Assembly: GCA_001512545.1 (NCBI GenBank)
Contig: LFSI01000083.1
Coordinates: forward strand, 6,759 to 70,758
DNA: 64,000 nt
Direction of reading: 5' to 3'
Source of the DNA: Clostridia bacterium DTU065
GTDB taxonomy: Bacteria > Bacillota > DTU065
A program made the translations under genes and the position numbers. Shown piece after piece: positions 46,281-56,078 of this stretch. Every line of letters begins with the position of its first letter. The first letter of the stretch is position 1. The notes beneath the pieces were generated by a model. It made no database searches. It worked only from the letters and a program-made list of their open reading frames with translations, and was not told the origin of the DNA.

Positions 46281-48215
46281 ATGGTCTGGAAGGAAAGCCT
46301 GCAGGAGGCCGCCTGCACCCATAGTCAAAGCGATCCCTGCCCGGTGGTTTTGGACTGTTTGCGAAGCGCCGAACCCCTCTGCGAGCTGCGCCATAACGGG
46401 AAAACACCATGGCAGGCTGCCGAAGAGAACCAGGTGGTTGTTCGCATAGGTCTTGGAAGCTGCGGTATTGCTGCTGGTGCTAAAAAGACCTACAACTACT
46501 TCAAGAGTCAGCTAGCAAAAAGCGGAGAGCTCAAAGACCGAGTGGTGCTTAAAAAGACTGGGTGTCTGGGTCTCTGCAGCCACGAAGTTGTGGTCAGCGT
46601 CGAAAAAAGCGACAGAGTTGTGTTTTTCAAAAACGTCAACATCGAACGGGCGTCGGAGATTCTGGAGCTTTACATCCAAGGAGATAGCCTTCCGGAGGAC
46701 GGCGTTTTAGGGATAGTTCGGAAAGACCAAGAGGACGGCCAGAAGATCGGCTCTCTTCAGGCCTATTTAAACTCAAGGGTTCTTTTGCAGAATGCAGGTC
46801 TTATCGATCCTTCATCTTTCGACGAGTACCTAGCTTCTGGGGGAATGGCTGCCTTTGCCGGAGCTCTGAAAATGCAGAGAAGGGGCGAAGAAGGCAGGAT
46901 GCTTTCAGCCATTTTGGCCGCTATGTCCAAGTCTGGAGATTTCTGCATCGAAAAAGAGCGTTTAGTGGAGTTTAAGGAGCGTTCAGGAGAGAAGACGGTA
47001 GTCCTTCGGGCTCTAGAGCAGGATACCAGTTCATTTACGGTGCGTACCATCCTCGAAAGCGACCCCTACAGCGCCGTTGAAGGGTTGATGGTGATCTGCG
47101 TCCTTTTAGGTGCAAGCCGCGGCCTGGTCTTTCTTGATCCGAAGTTCAAGAACGCCCGGGTTCTTCTGGAAGATGCCGTTTGCCAGCTGCAAGAAGCAGG
47201 GCTTCTAGGGGAGGAGGTTTTGGGCTCGGGGTTCTCCCTCAGAATTGAAGTCTTTCCAGGGTTAGAAAGCGCGGTCTGTGCAGAAGACGGTGCAGTTTTT
47301 GCAGCTGTATTAGGAGACCGGCCAAAACCCGGAAGTTCCGGCAAGGCGCAGGGAGGTTCTCTCACCTGCCATCTGGAGGATGCGGTCTATGCAGTGAGGC
47401 TTGGGGCGCTCTGGCCTGGATGGTCTGAGCACCCCTTTAAGGGGGAAATCCCGGAGACCCAGGTCGTCTCACTGTTAGGCAGGGTCGAGAATGCCGGCTG
47501 CATTGAGGTGCCTTTGGGCACTTCACTCCGAGAAATCGTCTACGACTACGGCGGAGGAGTGGAAAACCGGAAGGTGTTGAAGGCTCTGCAGATCGGAGGC
47601 GCCTCAGGGGGCTTTCTCCCTGCAAGGCTAATAGATACGCCCCTTGATCAGGGTCTACTTCAGACCCTTGGCATTAAGCGGTTTGGCAGCATTTTGGTCT
47701 TGGACCAGGACTGCTGCATCGTCGACCAAACCTACTACAGTCTTAAAGAAATGTCCGGGCATTCGTGCGGGCTTTGCATACCCTGCCGGGAAGGACTTTT
47801 TCGCCTTGTGGAGATGCTCGGGAGCATCAAAAGGGCGGGTCAAGGACCGGAGAACCTGAAGCGGTTTCAAATCCTCAGCCAGTTGGAGAAGCTGGCGGAG
47901 ACCATCAGAGACACATCCCGTTGCAGCCACGGCTCATCTGCGGTAACCCCGCTGCTTACAGGGCTTACGTACTTCAAAGACGAGTTTAGGGCCCACATCT
48001 TCGAAGAACGATGCCCTGCCAACCAGTGTAAAGGGCTTTTGAAGTTTAAAATCGATGCAGAACTCTGCACAGGCTGCAGCATCTGTCGGGAGCGCTGCCC
48101 GGAAGATGCCATTATCGGCCAGAGCAAGTTCAGCCACTTTATTATAGAAGATCGGTGCACCAGCTGCGGCATCTGCCACGAAGTCTGCCCGTTTGGTGCA
48201 GTGAGCTTCAGCTGA
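46281..48215 (+). CDS. NuoF/HydB-like iron-sulfur subunit with degenerate FMN/NADH site
   Basis: N-terminal [2Fe-2S]-like domain (GLGSCGIAAGA...TGCLGLCSHE), the N3 cluster motif HSCGLCIPCR...SRCSHG, and a C-terminal 2x[4Fe-4S] ferredoxin (CTGCSICRERCP, CTSCGICHEVCP). The expected GRGGAGFPTG, NADEGDPG and GAGAY.CGEETAL blocks are replaced by SKSGDFCIEK, RALEQDTSSF and GLESAVCAEDGAVF. Confidence 0.75.
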   Translation: MVWKESLQEAACTHSQSDPCPVVLDCLRSAEPLCELRHNGKTPWQAAEENQVVVRIGLGSCGIAAGAKKTYNYFKSQLAKSGELKDRVVLKKTGCLGLCSHEVVVSVEKSDRVVFFKNVNIERASEILELYIQGDSLPEDGVLGIVRKDQEDGQKIGSLQAYLNSRVLLQNAGLIDPSSFDEYLASGGMAAFAGALKMQRRGEEGRMLSAILAAMSKSGDFCIEKERLVEFKERSGEKTVVLRALEQDTSSFTVRTILESDPYSAVEGLMVICVLLGASRGLVFLDPKFKNARVLLEDAVCQLQEAGLLGEEVLGSGFSLRIEVFPGLESAVCAEDGAVFAAVLGDRPKPGSSGKAQGGSLTCHLEDAVYAVRLGALWPGWSEHPFKGEIPETQVVSLLGRVENAGCIEVPLGTSLREIVYDYGGGVENRKVLKALQIGGASGGFLPARLIDTPLDQGLLQTLGIKRFGSILVLDQDCCIVDQTYYSLKEMSGHSCGLCIPCREGLFRLVEMLGSIKRAGQGPENLKRFQILSQLEKLAETIRDTSRCSHGSSAVTPLLTGLTYFKDEFRAHIFEERCPANQCKGLLKFKIDAELCTGCSICRERCPEDAIIGQSKFSHFIIEDRCTSCGICHEVCPFGAVSFS

Positions 48216-48236
48216 GGACGGCAAGGAGGGATGGGA

Positions 48237-49829
48237 ATGGAAGAGGTTAAAGTTGCGGTAAACGGCACGACCTACAGCGCCAGAAATGACCAGACTATTC
48301 TTTCTCTTTGCCGGGATATCGGCATAGACATACCTACACTCTGCAGTGCAGACTGCCTGGACACCAGAGAAAACTGTCGGATCTGTGTGGTGGAGGTGGT
48401 TGGCAAGGCGCGGCTTGTTCCGGCCTGCTCAACGCCTATTGCCCCAGGTATGGAGATTTGGACCCATTCGGAACGGGTTAAACGGGCAAGAAAAACCGTT
48501 CTCGAGCTCCTGCTTGCCAACCACCCTGAAGACTGTCTGATCTGCCTGAAAAACGGCGAATGCGAGATCCAGGATCTGGCCAAGGAGTTTGGCATCAGGG
48601 AGCGGAGGTTTGTCGGTCTGAAGAAAGAGCAAGGGACAGACCTGTCTTCTAGAGCCATCGAAAGGGATCCGAACAAGTGCGTTCTCTGCGGAAGGTGCGT
48701 GGAGATCTGCAGCGAGAAGCAGGATGTAGGGGCTCTGGACTACCACCACAGGGGTTTTGACACAATCATCGGACCTGTCTCGGGAGAGCTCGCATCATCG
48801 GACTGCGTTTTTTGCGGGCAGTGCGTTTTGACATGCCCCACAGGCGCGTTGAGGGAGAGAAGTGCGCTGAAAAACGTTTGGACCGCTATCTCCGATCCGG
48901 GGAAGAAAGTCGCTGCAGTTGTTTCTCCTGCCGCTAAGGTGGGGCTCTTTCGCGCTAGAGAGCCGCAGACTGTGGACGGTCTTTTGGTTGGCGCCCTGAA
49001 AACCTTGGGTTTTGACTACGTTTTCGACATGAGTATCGCCAATAGGCTCTACCTTGAGCTCTTGGCTTTGGAAGTGAAAGAGCGGAAGGCCGGGGGCGGA
49101 CCTCCTGTCATTCCCGCCTTTTGTCCTGCCGTTATGGCTCTTGTGGAAAAGCGGTATCCTAAGCTTTTGCCGTTTGCCAGCGAGGTAAAGTCCCCTGGTC
49201 AGATTGCAGGGATCCTTGCCAAGCGCTACCTAGAGCAAAAAGAAGACCTCAGCCCAAGGGACCTTTTCGTAGTAGAGATCAAACCATGTACCGCAGCCAA
49301 AGAAGAAGCGAACCGAACTGGTTCAGCTCAAAACGGCTATCAGCCGGTAGATGGAGTGCTCACCACAAGAGAGCTTGAGCGCATGTTCCTAACAAGCGGT
49401 ATCAAAGAGGAAAAGCTCGAAATGAAGCCTTTTGACGAGCCGTTTACCAATCTCTACCCTTGCCTTGGCCTGCTGGAGACGGCAGGTGGCATTGTACAGG
49501 CTCTGCACGAGGCAGGTTGCCGAGGAGAATTGAGGAAAGCAAAAGGCCTTAAAGCCTTCAGGGACATAGAGGAGTTTGCAGACTGCGATCTTTTGGAGGT
49601 GTACGCCTGTCCTATGGGCTGTATCGGCGGCGGAGGAGCAAATATCCACAGCTTTACGGAAGCAAAGAAGCACAGGGTTCGGCTTGCAGCTCTGAGCATT
49701 GGAGAAGGGGAAAAACCTTTGGAAGAAGCTGAAAAAGCTTATGCACAGATCAAGACGGACATCGTGTCAGAGAAATCTGCAGTATTCTACAGAGAGAAAG
49801 CCGGAGTCGGTGTCCGAAGCCGATCGTAA
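48237..49829 (+). CDS. [FeFe]-hydrogenase-like catalytic subunit with non-canonical P1 motif
   Basis: 2Fe-2S ferredoxin N-terminus, HPEDCLICLKNGEC, two CxxCxxCxxxCP motifs. H-domain P2 is KPCTAAKEE and P3 is EVYACPMGCIGGGG. P1 reads PAFCPAV (49113-49133) instead of TSCCPxW. Confidence 0.75.
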   Translation: MEEVKVAVNGTTYSARNDQTILSLCRDIGIDIPTLCSADCLDTRENCRICVVEVVGKARLVPACSTPIAPGMEIWTHSERVKRARKTVLELLLANHPEDCLICLKNGECEIQDLAKEFGIRERRFVGLKKEQGTDLSSRAIERDPNKCVLCGRCVEICSEKQDVGALDYHHRGFDTIIGPVSGELASSDCVFCGQCVLTCPTGALRERSALKNVWTAISDPGKKVAAVVSPAAKVGLFRAREPQTVDGLLVGALKTLGFDYVFDMSIANRLYLELLALEVKERKAGGGPPVIPAFCPAVMALVEKRYPKLLPFASEVKSPGQIAGILAKRYLEQKEDLSPRDLFVVEIKPCTAAKEEANRTGSAQNGYQPVDGVLTTRELERMFLTSGIKEEKLEMKPFDEPFTNLYPCLGLLETAGGIVQALHEAGCRGELRKAKGLKAFRDIEEFADCDLLEVYACPMGCIGGGGANIHSFTEAKKHRVRLAALSIGEGEKPLEEAEKAYAQIKTDIVSEKSAVFYREKAGVGVRSRS

Positions 49830-49867
49830 ACGGGCTTTCTGCGGTTTCCGAGCGGAGGGAACTAAAC

Positions 49868-50716
49868 ATGGAGACGTTTGTAGCGCGAGTAAACGAGCAG
49901 AAGAAACAGCTGAAAAGACCTCTCGTGGGGCTGGCTTTGGGAAGTGGAGCTGCGAGGGGAATGGCTCACATCGGCGTTTTGCAGGTGCTTTTTGAAGAGG
50001 ACATCCCTATAGACTGCATCACAGGAACATCCATCGGATCCCTTGTAGGAGCGATGATCCTGTCGGGCTGGACGCCGCAGTTTCTCGGCAGGTTTGCCCG
50101 AGCTGTGGGAAAGGAGCACATGGTCTCGGCTTTGGATTTTGTGATTCCCCCGAAGACGGGGCTGATCAACGGGAACAGAATAAAGGTTTTGCTCGAAAGA
50201 GTGTTGAAAATAAAGAATATCGAAGAGCTTCCCAAGCCGTTTGCGGCGGTTTCCACCGACATTGCCACTGGAGAGCGAGTGGTTCACGACAGGGGAAGCC
50301 TCCTAGAAGGAATTAGGGCTAGCATTTCGGTGCCTGGAGTCTTCGTCCCAGCGGAGGAGCGCGAAAGCGGCAGGCTCCTTGTGGACGGAGGGGTGGTGGA
50401 TCCCGTTCCTTTGGATGTTTTAGTGGAGGCTGGCGTGGAGATTCAGATCGGTGTGAACATCCTGCGCAAACCCGATACGGCGGAAAAACCTAAAGATGTG
50501 ATCGACATCTTGCTTAATTCTATAGACATCATGGGAGCTCAGATCTTTGAACTCAAAAGCACGGGGAAGGCCATAGTGCTCGAACCGCTTTTGGGACATC
50601 GGTTCGGCAGCATGGACTTTCATAAAGCTGAACCTATGATAGAACTGGGGAGAAAGTGCGCTTTAGAAAAGCTTCCTGAGATCAAAGAAAGGCTAAGATC
50701 GGAAGGGGTTTTGTAA
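49868..50716 (+). CDS. patatin-like phospholipase
   Basis: GLALGSGAARGMAHIG (oxyanion), GTSIGS (GxSxG), VDGG (catalytic Asp). Confidence 0.85.
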   Translation: METFVARVNEQKKQLKRPLVGLALGSGAARGMAHIGVLQVLFEEDIPIDCITGTSIGSLVGAMILSGWTPQFLGRFARAVGKEHMVSALDFVIPPKTGLINGNRIKVLLERVLKIKNIEELPKPFAAVSTDIATGERVVHDRGSLLEGIRASISVPGVFVPAEERESGRLLVDGGVVDPVPLDVLVEAGVEIQIGVNILRKPDTAEKPKDVIDILLNSIDIMGAQIFELKSTGKAIVLEPLLGHRFGSMDFHKAEPMIELGRKCALEKLPEIKERLRSEGVL

Positions 50717-51274
50717 ATGCTGTCTGTAGAAGAAGTGGCCGGTGCTGCAGCAGGATGCGTCCGGTGCAGTATCAGAAAGAATACACCGGAAGTGGTCTTC
50801 GGAAAGGGGAGCCCAGACGCTCGGATCATGGTGGTGCTGGAAGCTCCTGATGCCGACGCGGCCAAAGAGGGGAAGCCTATCTCGGGCGAAGCCGGGGAGC
50901 TTCTGTATAACATTTTCGCTGCATCGCATATTAAGGGTGGAGACGTGTACGTAACCAATCTCGTCAAGTGCAACCCTCCCGAAGAGAGAACGCCTACTGA
51001 AGAAGAAATCGGCTCCTGCAAAACGTGGCTGGATCTGGAAATAGCTGCCGTTCAGCCGGACTATCTCATCCTCATGGGTGTTGCGCCGCTCAGAGCTTTT
51101 TTCGGTGAGGATGCAGCAATACAGGAGTTTAGAGGTAAATGGCATAGTTTTGGTGAAATAAAAGTACTGTGTACTTACCAACCCAAAACCCTGCTGAAAA
51201 AACCCGAGTACAAGAGAATGGTTTGGGAGGACTTTAAGATGCTTATGAGAGATTTGGGTATCTTAAAGCCGTAA
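50717..51274 (+). CDS. uracil-DNA glycosylase superfamily protein (family 4-like, atypical motifs)
   Basis: 4 Cys (CVRC..., VKCNPP, SCKTW) and SGEAGELL fit family 4. Motif A reads LEAPD (expected GEAPG) and motif B reads YQPKTLL (expected HPxxLL). Confidence 0.65.
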   Translation: MLSVEEVAGAAAGCVRCSIRKNTPEVVFGKGSPDARIMVVLEAPDADAAKEGKPISGEAGELLYNIFAASHIKGGDVYVTNLVKCNPPEERTPTEEEIGSCKTWLDLEIAAVQPDYLILMGVAPLRAFFGEDAAIQEFRGKWHSFGEIKVLCTYQPKTLLKKPEYKRMVWEDFKMLMRDLGILKP

Positions 51275-51412
51275 ACCGGCAAAAAAAAGAAGAACTTTAC
51301 AAGTTCTGCAAGTTTTTCAAACCAAGCAGAGGGAAAGAGGTTTTTTTGCAGAAGATTTGTAAGGATACTCTCATTGATCAATTTAGTTATACTGCCGAAA
51401 GGGGAGAGAGTT

Positions 51413-53473
51413 TTGAAGAAGTACGATACTTCCCAGATTAGAAACGTCGCTATCATTGGCCATGGTGGAACAGGTAAGACCATGCTCACAGAGGCCATCC
51501 TGTTCCATGCCGGCGCCACCAAGAGAAAAGGATCGATTAGCGACGGGAATACGGTTTCTGACTACGATCCCGAAGAGATCAAAAGAGGGACGTCGATATC
51601 GACGGCTTTAACTACATGCCAGTGGAAAGATACTAAAATCAACCTGCTGGATACACCTGGATTTTTTGATTTTGTCGGCGAAGTTGTAGCAGCTTTGGAG
51701 GTAACAGAAGGAGCCGTCAGCGTTCTTTCTGCTACAGACTCCCTTCCAGTTGGTTTTTTCACAACCTGGAAACTGGCGGATGAGAGAAAGCTTGCCCGCA
51801 CCATTTTTATTAACAAAATGGATAAGGAAAACGCTTCCTTTGAAAGAGTTTACGGCGAGCTGAGAGAAAAACTGGGAACTAAAGTTGTGCCGATCAACTT
51901 ACCGATAGGCAGCCACACTAGCTTTGAGGGTGTAGTAGACCTGGTTAATATGAAAGCCTACTACCAAAAGGGCGGCGATACAGTCGAAGCCGAGATTCCC
52001 GAAGACTTGAAAGCGGAAGCAGAAAAATACCGCGAAGAGATGATCGAAGCGGTAGTAGTAGCCGACGAGGAAATACTCGAGCGCTACTTTGAAGGCGAAG
52101 AGATCTCCGCAGAAGAAATCAAGCGCTGCATGCGCCTTGCTGCTGCACAGAAAGAAGTCTTCCCTGTACTCTGCGGTTCGGCAGAACTGAGTATCGGTAT
52201 TCAACCATTGATGAACATGCTGGTCTACGGCATGCCGGCTCCAGTAGCTAAAGTGCCAGCCAACAGAGGCGGAGAAAAGATCGAACTAGATCCCGCTTCC
52301 GGTCAGAATGCCGCACTGGTGTTCAAGACTTTGGCCGACCCCTACGTGGGCAAGATCACCCTGTTTAGAGTGTACAGCGGTGCTATAAAGAGCGACTCCC
52401 AGATCTTCAATGCCACCAAAGGCGAAACCGAAAGACTCGGACAGCTCTTCTTCATGCAGGGCAAAGACCAGTTGGCGACCGATGAGATAGTTGCCGGTGA
52501 CATCGGTGGCGTAGCCAAACTGCAGTATACAGAGACATCAGATTCCCTTTGCGATAAAGACAAGATTGTCACTTTTGATCCGATTAAGTTCCCGAGACCA
52601 GTACTGACTTTAGCCGTATATCCCAAAGGCAAAGCCGATACGGACAAAGTTGCTGCAGGTCTCAGCCGCTTGAGCGAAGAGGATCCCACCATCTCCCTGG
52701 AGCAGAGCAAGGAGACCAACGAGTTCCTCCTTTCCGGTATGGGCGATCTGCATCTGGAAATCATCGCCAGCCGCTTGAAGAAAAAGTTCGGCGTTGAGAT
52801 GGAACTGGTAGATCCTAAGGTGCCGTACCGCGAGACCATTAGAGGCACTGCGAAAGTTGAAGGCAAGCACAAGAAGCAGAGCGGTGGCAGAGGCCAGTAC
52901 GGTCACGTTTGGCTTGAACTCTCTCCGCTTCCACTTGGTGAAGGCTTTGCATTTGAAGACAACATCTTTGGCGGCGCAGTACCAAAGCAGTACATTCCCG
53001 CAGTTGAAAAAGGCATCAGGGAAACCATGAGCGAAGGCGTTCTTGCAGGATATCCTGTGGTGGACGTTAAGGTTAGCCTTTTTGATGGTTCCTACCACGA
53101 CGTCGACTCTTCGGAAATGGCCTTTAAGATCGCAGCCTCCATGGCCTTTAAGAAGGGCTTTATGGAAGCCAGACCGATCATCCTCGAGCCGATTATGTCT
53201 GTTGAAGTTACGGTACCCGATGAGTACATGGGCGATGTTATGGGCAACTTGAACAAGAAGCGCGGCAAGATCCTCGGTATGGATCCGGGAGATGGCACCC
53301 AGGTGGTAAAAGCTCTGGTGCCGATGAGCGAGATGTTCAGGTTCGCAATCGAACTGAGAGCCATGACTCAGGGTTGGGGAACCTTCGTAAGTACCTTCGA
53401 TCATTACGAGGAGCTCCCGGCTCAGCTGGCAGAAAAGGTCATTGCTGAAAAACAGCAGAGCGAGGGCAACTAA
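51413..53473 (+). CDS. elongation factor G paralogue
   Basis: IRNVAIIGHGGTGKT (G1), DTPG, NKMD, domains II-V colinear with EF-G. TTG 51413 after a ggggagagag SD. Confidence 0.85.
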   Translation: MKKYDTSQIRNVAIIGHGGTGKTMLTEAILFHAGATKRKGSISDGNTVSDYDPEEIKRGTSISTALTTCQWKDTKINLLDTPGFFDFVGEVVAALEVTEGAVSVLSATDSLPVGFFTTWKLADERKLARTIFINKMDKENASFERVYGELREKLGTKVVPINLPIGSHTSFEGVVDLVNMKAYYQKGGDTVEAEIPEDLKAEAEKYREEMIEAVVVADEEILERYFEGEEISAEEIKRCMRLAAAQKEVFPVLCGSAELSIGIQPLMNMLVYGMPAPVAKVPANRGGEKIELDPASGQNAALVFKTLADPYVGKITLFRVYSGAIKSDSQIFNATKGETERLGQLFFMQGKDQLATDEIVAGDIGGVAKLQYTETSDSLCDKDKIVTFDPIKFPRPVLTLAVYPKGKADTDKVAAGLSRLSEEDPTISLEQSKETNEFLLSGMGDLHLEIIASRLKKKFGVEMELVDPKVPYRETIRGTAKVEGKHKKQSGGRGQYGHVWLELSPLPLGEGFAFEDNIFGGAVPKQYIPAVEKGIRETMSEGVLAGYPVVDVKVSLFDGSYHDVDSSEMAFKIAASMAFKKGFMEARPIILEPIMSVEVTVPDEYMGDVMGNLNKKRGKILGMDPGDGTQVVKALVPMSEMFRFAIELRAMTQGWGTFVSTFDHYEELPAQLAEKVIAEKQQSEGN

Positions 53474-53493
53474 CGAGAAGCGAGATAGAAGGG

Positions 53494-53521
53494 AAACTGC
53501 TGCCACAGGCAGCAGTTTTTT
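53494..53521 (+). terminator. rho-independent terminator
   Basis: actgctgcc-aca-ggcagcagt hairpin plus T6. Confidence 0.85.
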
Positions 53522-53704
53522 CTGAGCGGAGGTGCCCTGGAGAAGGTACGGTTTACGTTCCGTGCCAGCGGAGTTTCGGGGTTTGGCTCCAGCTTAAATG
53601 GGTTATATGTATTTGGTGGGCCGAAAGCCCGGTTTGGCTTTGGGACAGACATCAAATAAGATCTAGGATCTGAAGCCTAAAAACAAAAGGGAAGGGGATA
53701 AAAG

Positions 53705-54544
53705 GTGGTCAGAAACTTGCTTGTGATTGCGCTAGTGCTGCTTATGAGTTTTGCTGCAGTTGCAGAAGAGCGCTACCTCGAATTCACCCACTACTCTGAG
53801 GTTTTGGGTAAGGAGAAGAAGTTTGCGGTGATTCTGCCGCCGGACTACACAACGGAAAAAGCTTATCCTGTTCTATACATGCTTCACGGTGCCGGTGGCG
53901 ACTATCTGGACTGGCACAAGCCTGATGGGAAGCTCTACGAGCTCTCGAGAAACTACCAGATGATTATCGTTACGCCGGATGTAGAGACCTCTTGGCTGGT
54001 TGACAGCCACATTAAGCCCGAATCTAAGTACGAAACCTACATGATCCAGGAGTTCCTGCCGTACATTGAAGCTAACTTCTCTATCATCGACTCCTACAGG
54101 GCACGGGGCATTATGGGCCTTTCCATGGGCGGACACGGTGCAATGATGCTGGCCTTAAAGTACCCGGACATCTTCGGTGTTGCCAGTTCTACGAGCGGAG
54201 TCTTGGACATCCGCATGCTGCCTAATACCGCAGGAAAGAAGGATGTTTTGGGCGAGCCGTCACAGTATCCAGAGGAGTGGAACAACGCTTCTGCTAACTA
54301 CCTAGCGCAGAATCTGCGCAACATGCGCCGCAAGCCGCGGATCATGTTCGATGTTGGCCTCGGCGACTACGTCTACGATACCAATATGGCTTTCCACAAG
54401 ACCCTGAAAGAGCAGGGTGTAGATCACATTTTCCGGCTCTATCCCGGGACCCACTCTTGGGGATACTGGGTGGCAAGGCTCCCGGAACACCTGGCCTTCC
54501 ACGCAGAAAACCTCAGATCGCCGCAAATTGTTTGGGACGAATAA
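53705..54544 (+). CDS. secreted esterase (esterase D / CE1-like alpha/beta hydrolase)
   Basis: Signal peptide. YPVLYMLHG, GLSMGGHGA (GxSxG), H near the C-terminus. Confidence 0.75.
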   Translation: MVRNLLVIALVLLMSFAAVAEERYLEFTHYSEVLGKEKKFAVILPPDYTTEKAYPVLYMLHGAGGDYLDWHKPDGKLYELSRNYQMIIVTPDVETSWLVDSHIKPESKYETYMIQEFLPYIEANFSIIDSYRARGIMGLSMGGHGAMMLALKYPDIFGVASSTSGVLDIRMLPNTAGKKDVLGEPSQYPEEWNNASANYLAQNLRNMRRKPRIMFDVGLGDYVYDTNMAFHKTLKEQGVDHIFRLYPGTHSWGYWVARLPEHLAFHAENLRSPQIVWDE

Positions 54545-54592
54545 TAATAATTAGTAGGTTGGCGTAATAAATCTACCTTAGGAGGTGGATTT

Positions 54593-54937
54593 ATGCGCCA
54601 AGCCTACTCTATTTTGTGGGGACTTTTTGCCGCTCTTGTGCTTTACTTAGCTTCGTCTGCGGTTTTGGGGCTGGTCTCTTACCTGGGCTGGTTCGAACTG
54701 GGGAAGCTGGGTTATGACATTCTGCACTACCTTATCGTTGCCGGAGCTTGTTTTGTGGCAGCAAGGAAAGCTGCTGACAGGGGCTGGCTTGTAGGATTGC
54801 TGATATCTCTTTGCATCGCTTTGTTTGCACTGTTGATGCAGTACAGCCTGGGAAGACCTATCATGGATCAGCTGGTGCGTTCTGCCATTACAGTGGCGGT
54901 GGGTACCATAGCAGGTGCCTTGGGCGTCAATATCTGA
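54593..54937 (+). CDS. small membrane protein (3-4 TM)
   Basis: Hydrophobic 114-aa ORF with an aggaggtgg SD. Family not recognised with confidence. Confidence 0.4.
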   Translation: MRQAYSILWGLFAALVLYLASSAVLGLVSYLGWFELGKLGYDILHYLIVAGACFVAARKAADRGWLVGLLISLCIALFALLMQYSLGRPIMDQLVRSAITVAVGTIAGALGVNI

Positions 54938-55274
54938 TCAGGTGTACTTCACCCCGTTCTTCAAAGAACCTGACGAACTCATCCAGCCTTTCCCTGGGAA
55001 CTTTTACGGCGTAGTGAAAGCGCCCGATCGGTTTTTCCGGGGGATCTGTAGCTAGACTGCGATCAACAGTAGTGCTGCCGATCATGTTGGCCCCAATTGC
55101 AGGCATGGTCAGGTATAGACTGCCAACCAGTCTAGCAAATCCTAAGGGATCGTAACCTGGTGGTACTTGATCCGGCGTTCTGAGGCCTACCGGCTCTATC
55201 CTGTGAGGGAAAGTCCCGATCTTAGCTTCGATATCTTCACGGGTGCCCAAGTAGTCACCGACAATCAAACTCAA
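54927..55274 (-). CDS. hypothetical protein
   Basis: 115-aa minus-strand ORF convergent with the previous gene. Non-repetitive composition. No family recognised. Confidence 0.4.
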   Translation of the reverse strand: MSLIVGDYLGTREDIEAKIGTFPHRIEPVGLRTPDQVPPGYDPLGFARLVGSLYLTMPAIGANMIGSTTVDRSLATDPPEKPIGRFHYAVKVPRERLDEFVRFFEERGEVHLIRY

Positions 55275-55449
55275 TTTCTCACCCCCAGTAGTAGTGTTGC
55301 ATATTCAGGAGCATTCTTGCATGCGTGAGGCAGGAGACCTGATGAAAAACCTAGAATAAAAGTTTGTGGTATTGGAAAAATCTCTCTTATAGACTTTGAG
55401 AGTTTGCCGCATTTTAAGATATTTACTATAGATGAAAGGACGAAAACCA

Positions 55450-56022
55450 ATGGATAAAACTATTCCAGTAGGCGTCAGTGCTCGCCATGTTCATTTATCA
55501 CAGAAGGACTTGGAGATTCTTTTTGGAGAGGGCTACCAGCTTACTCCCAAAAAGCCGCTTTCACAGCCAGGTCAGTATGCTGCTGAAGAGACAGTGGAAG
55601 TTGTAGGTCCCAAGCGGAGCTTCCCTACAGTTAGGATCTTAGGTCCTGTTAGAGGCCAAACCCAGGTAGAGCTGTCTTTGACCGACTGCTTCACGATCGG
55701 CGTCACCGCTCCTGTCAGAGAGTCGGGAGACATTAAGGGCTCTGGAAGCGTTACTCTGGTTGGTCCTAAAGGCCAGGTAACCCTCGAAGAGGGAGTTATT
55801 GTTGCAGGAAGGCATATTCACATGCATCCCGACGATGCCAAACGCTTCGGTGTCACAGACAAGCAGAGAGTCCGCGTGAAAACTGAAGGCGAACGTGCCA
55901 TGATCATGGAAAACGTAATCGTCCGCGTACGTGATGACTTCGCACTGGAGATGCACATCGACACTGACGAAGCTAACGCTGCAGGACTGGCCAACGGCGC
56001 AACGGTGACAATTATCGACTAA
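55450..56022 (+). CDS. pduL: phosphate propanoyltransferase PduL
   Basis: IPVGVSARHVHLSQKDLEILFG and GRHIHMHPDDA duplicated-motif architecture of PduL. The start could be ATG 55432 or 55450. Confidence 0.85.
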   Translation: MDKTIPVGVSARHVHLSQKDLEILFGEGYQLTPKKPLSQPGQYAAEETVEVVGPKRSFPTVRILGPVRGQTQVELSLTDCFTIGVTAPVRESGDIKGSGSVTLVGPKGQVTLEEGVIVAGRHIHMHPDDAKRFGVTDKQRVRVKTEGERAMIMENVIVRVRDDFALEMHIDTDEANAAGLANGATVTIID

Positions 56023-56078
56023 GGCTCAGTTGATTTTTTCCGTGAAGAAAGGGAAATAATAGCTGCAGGGGTGTCTTA

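Noticed and set aside
55404-55432. A sigma-A-like promoter (ttgccg-17-tataga) upstream of pduL.
   Set aside because: It would place the transcription start inside or after the only plausible SD for ATG 55450. The geometry is inconsistent, so it is not reported.
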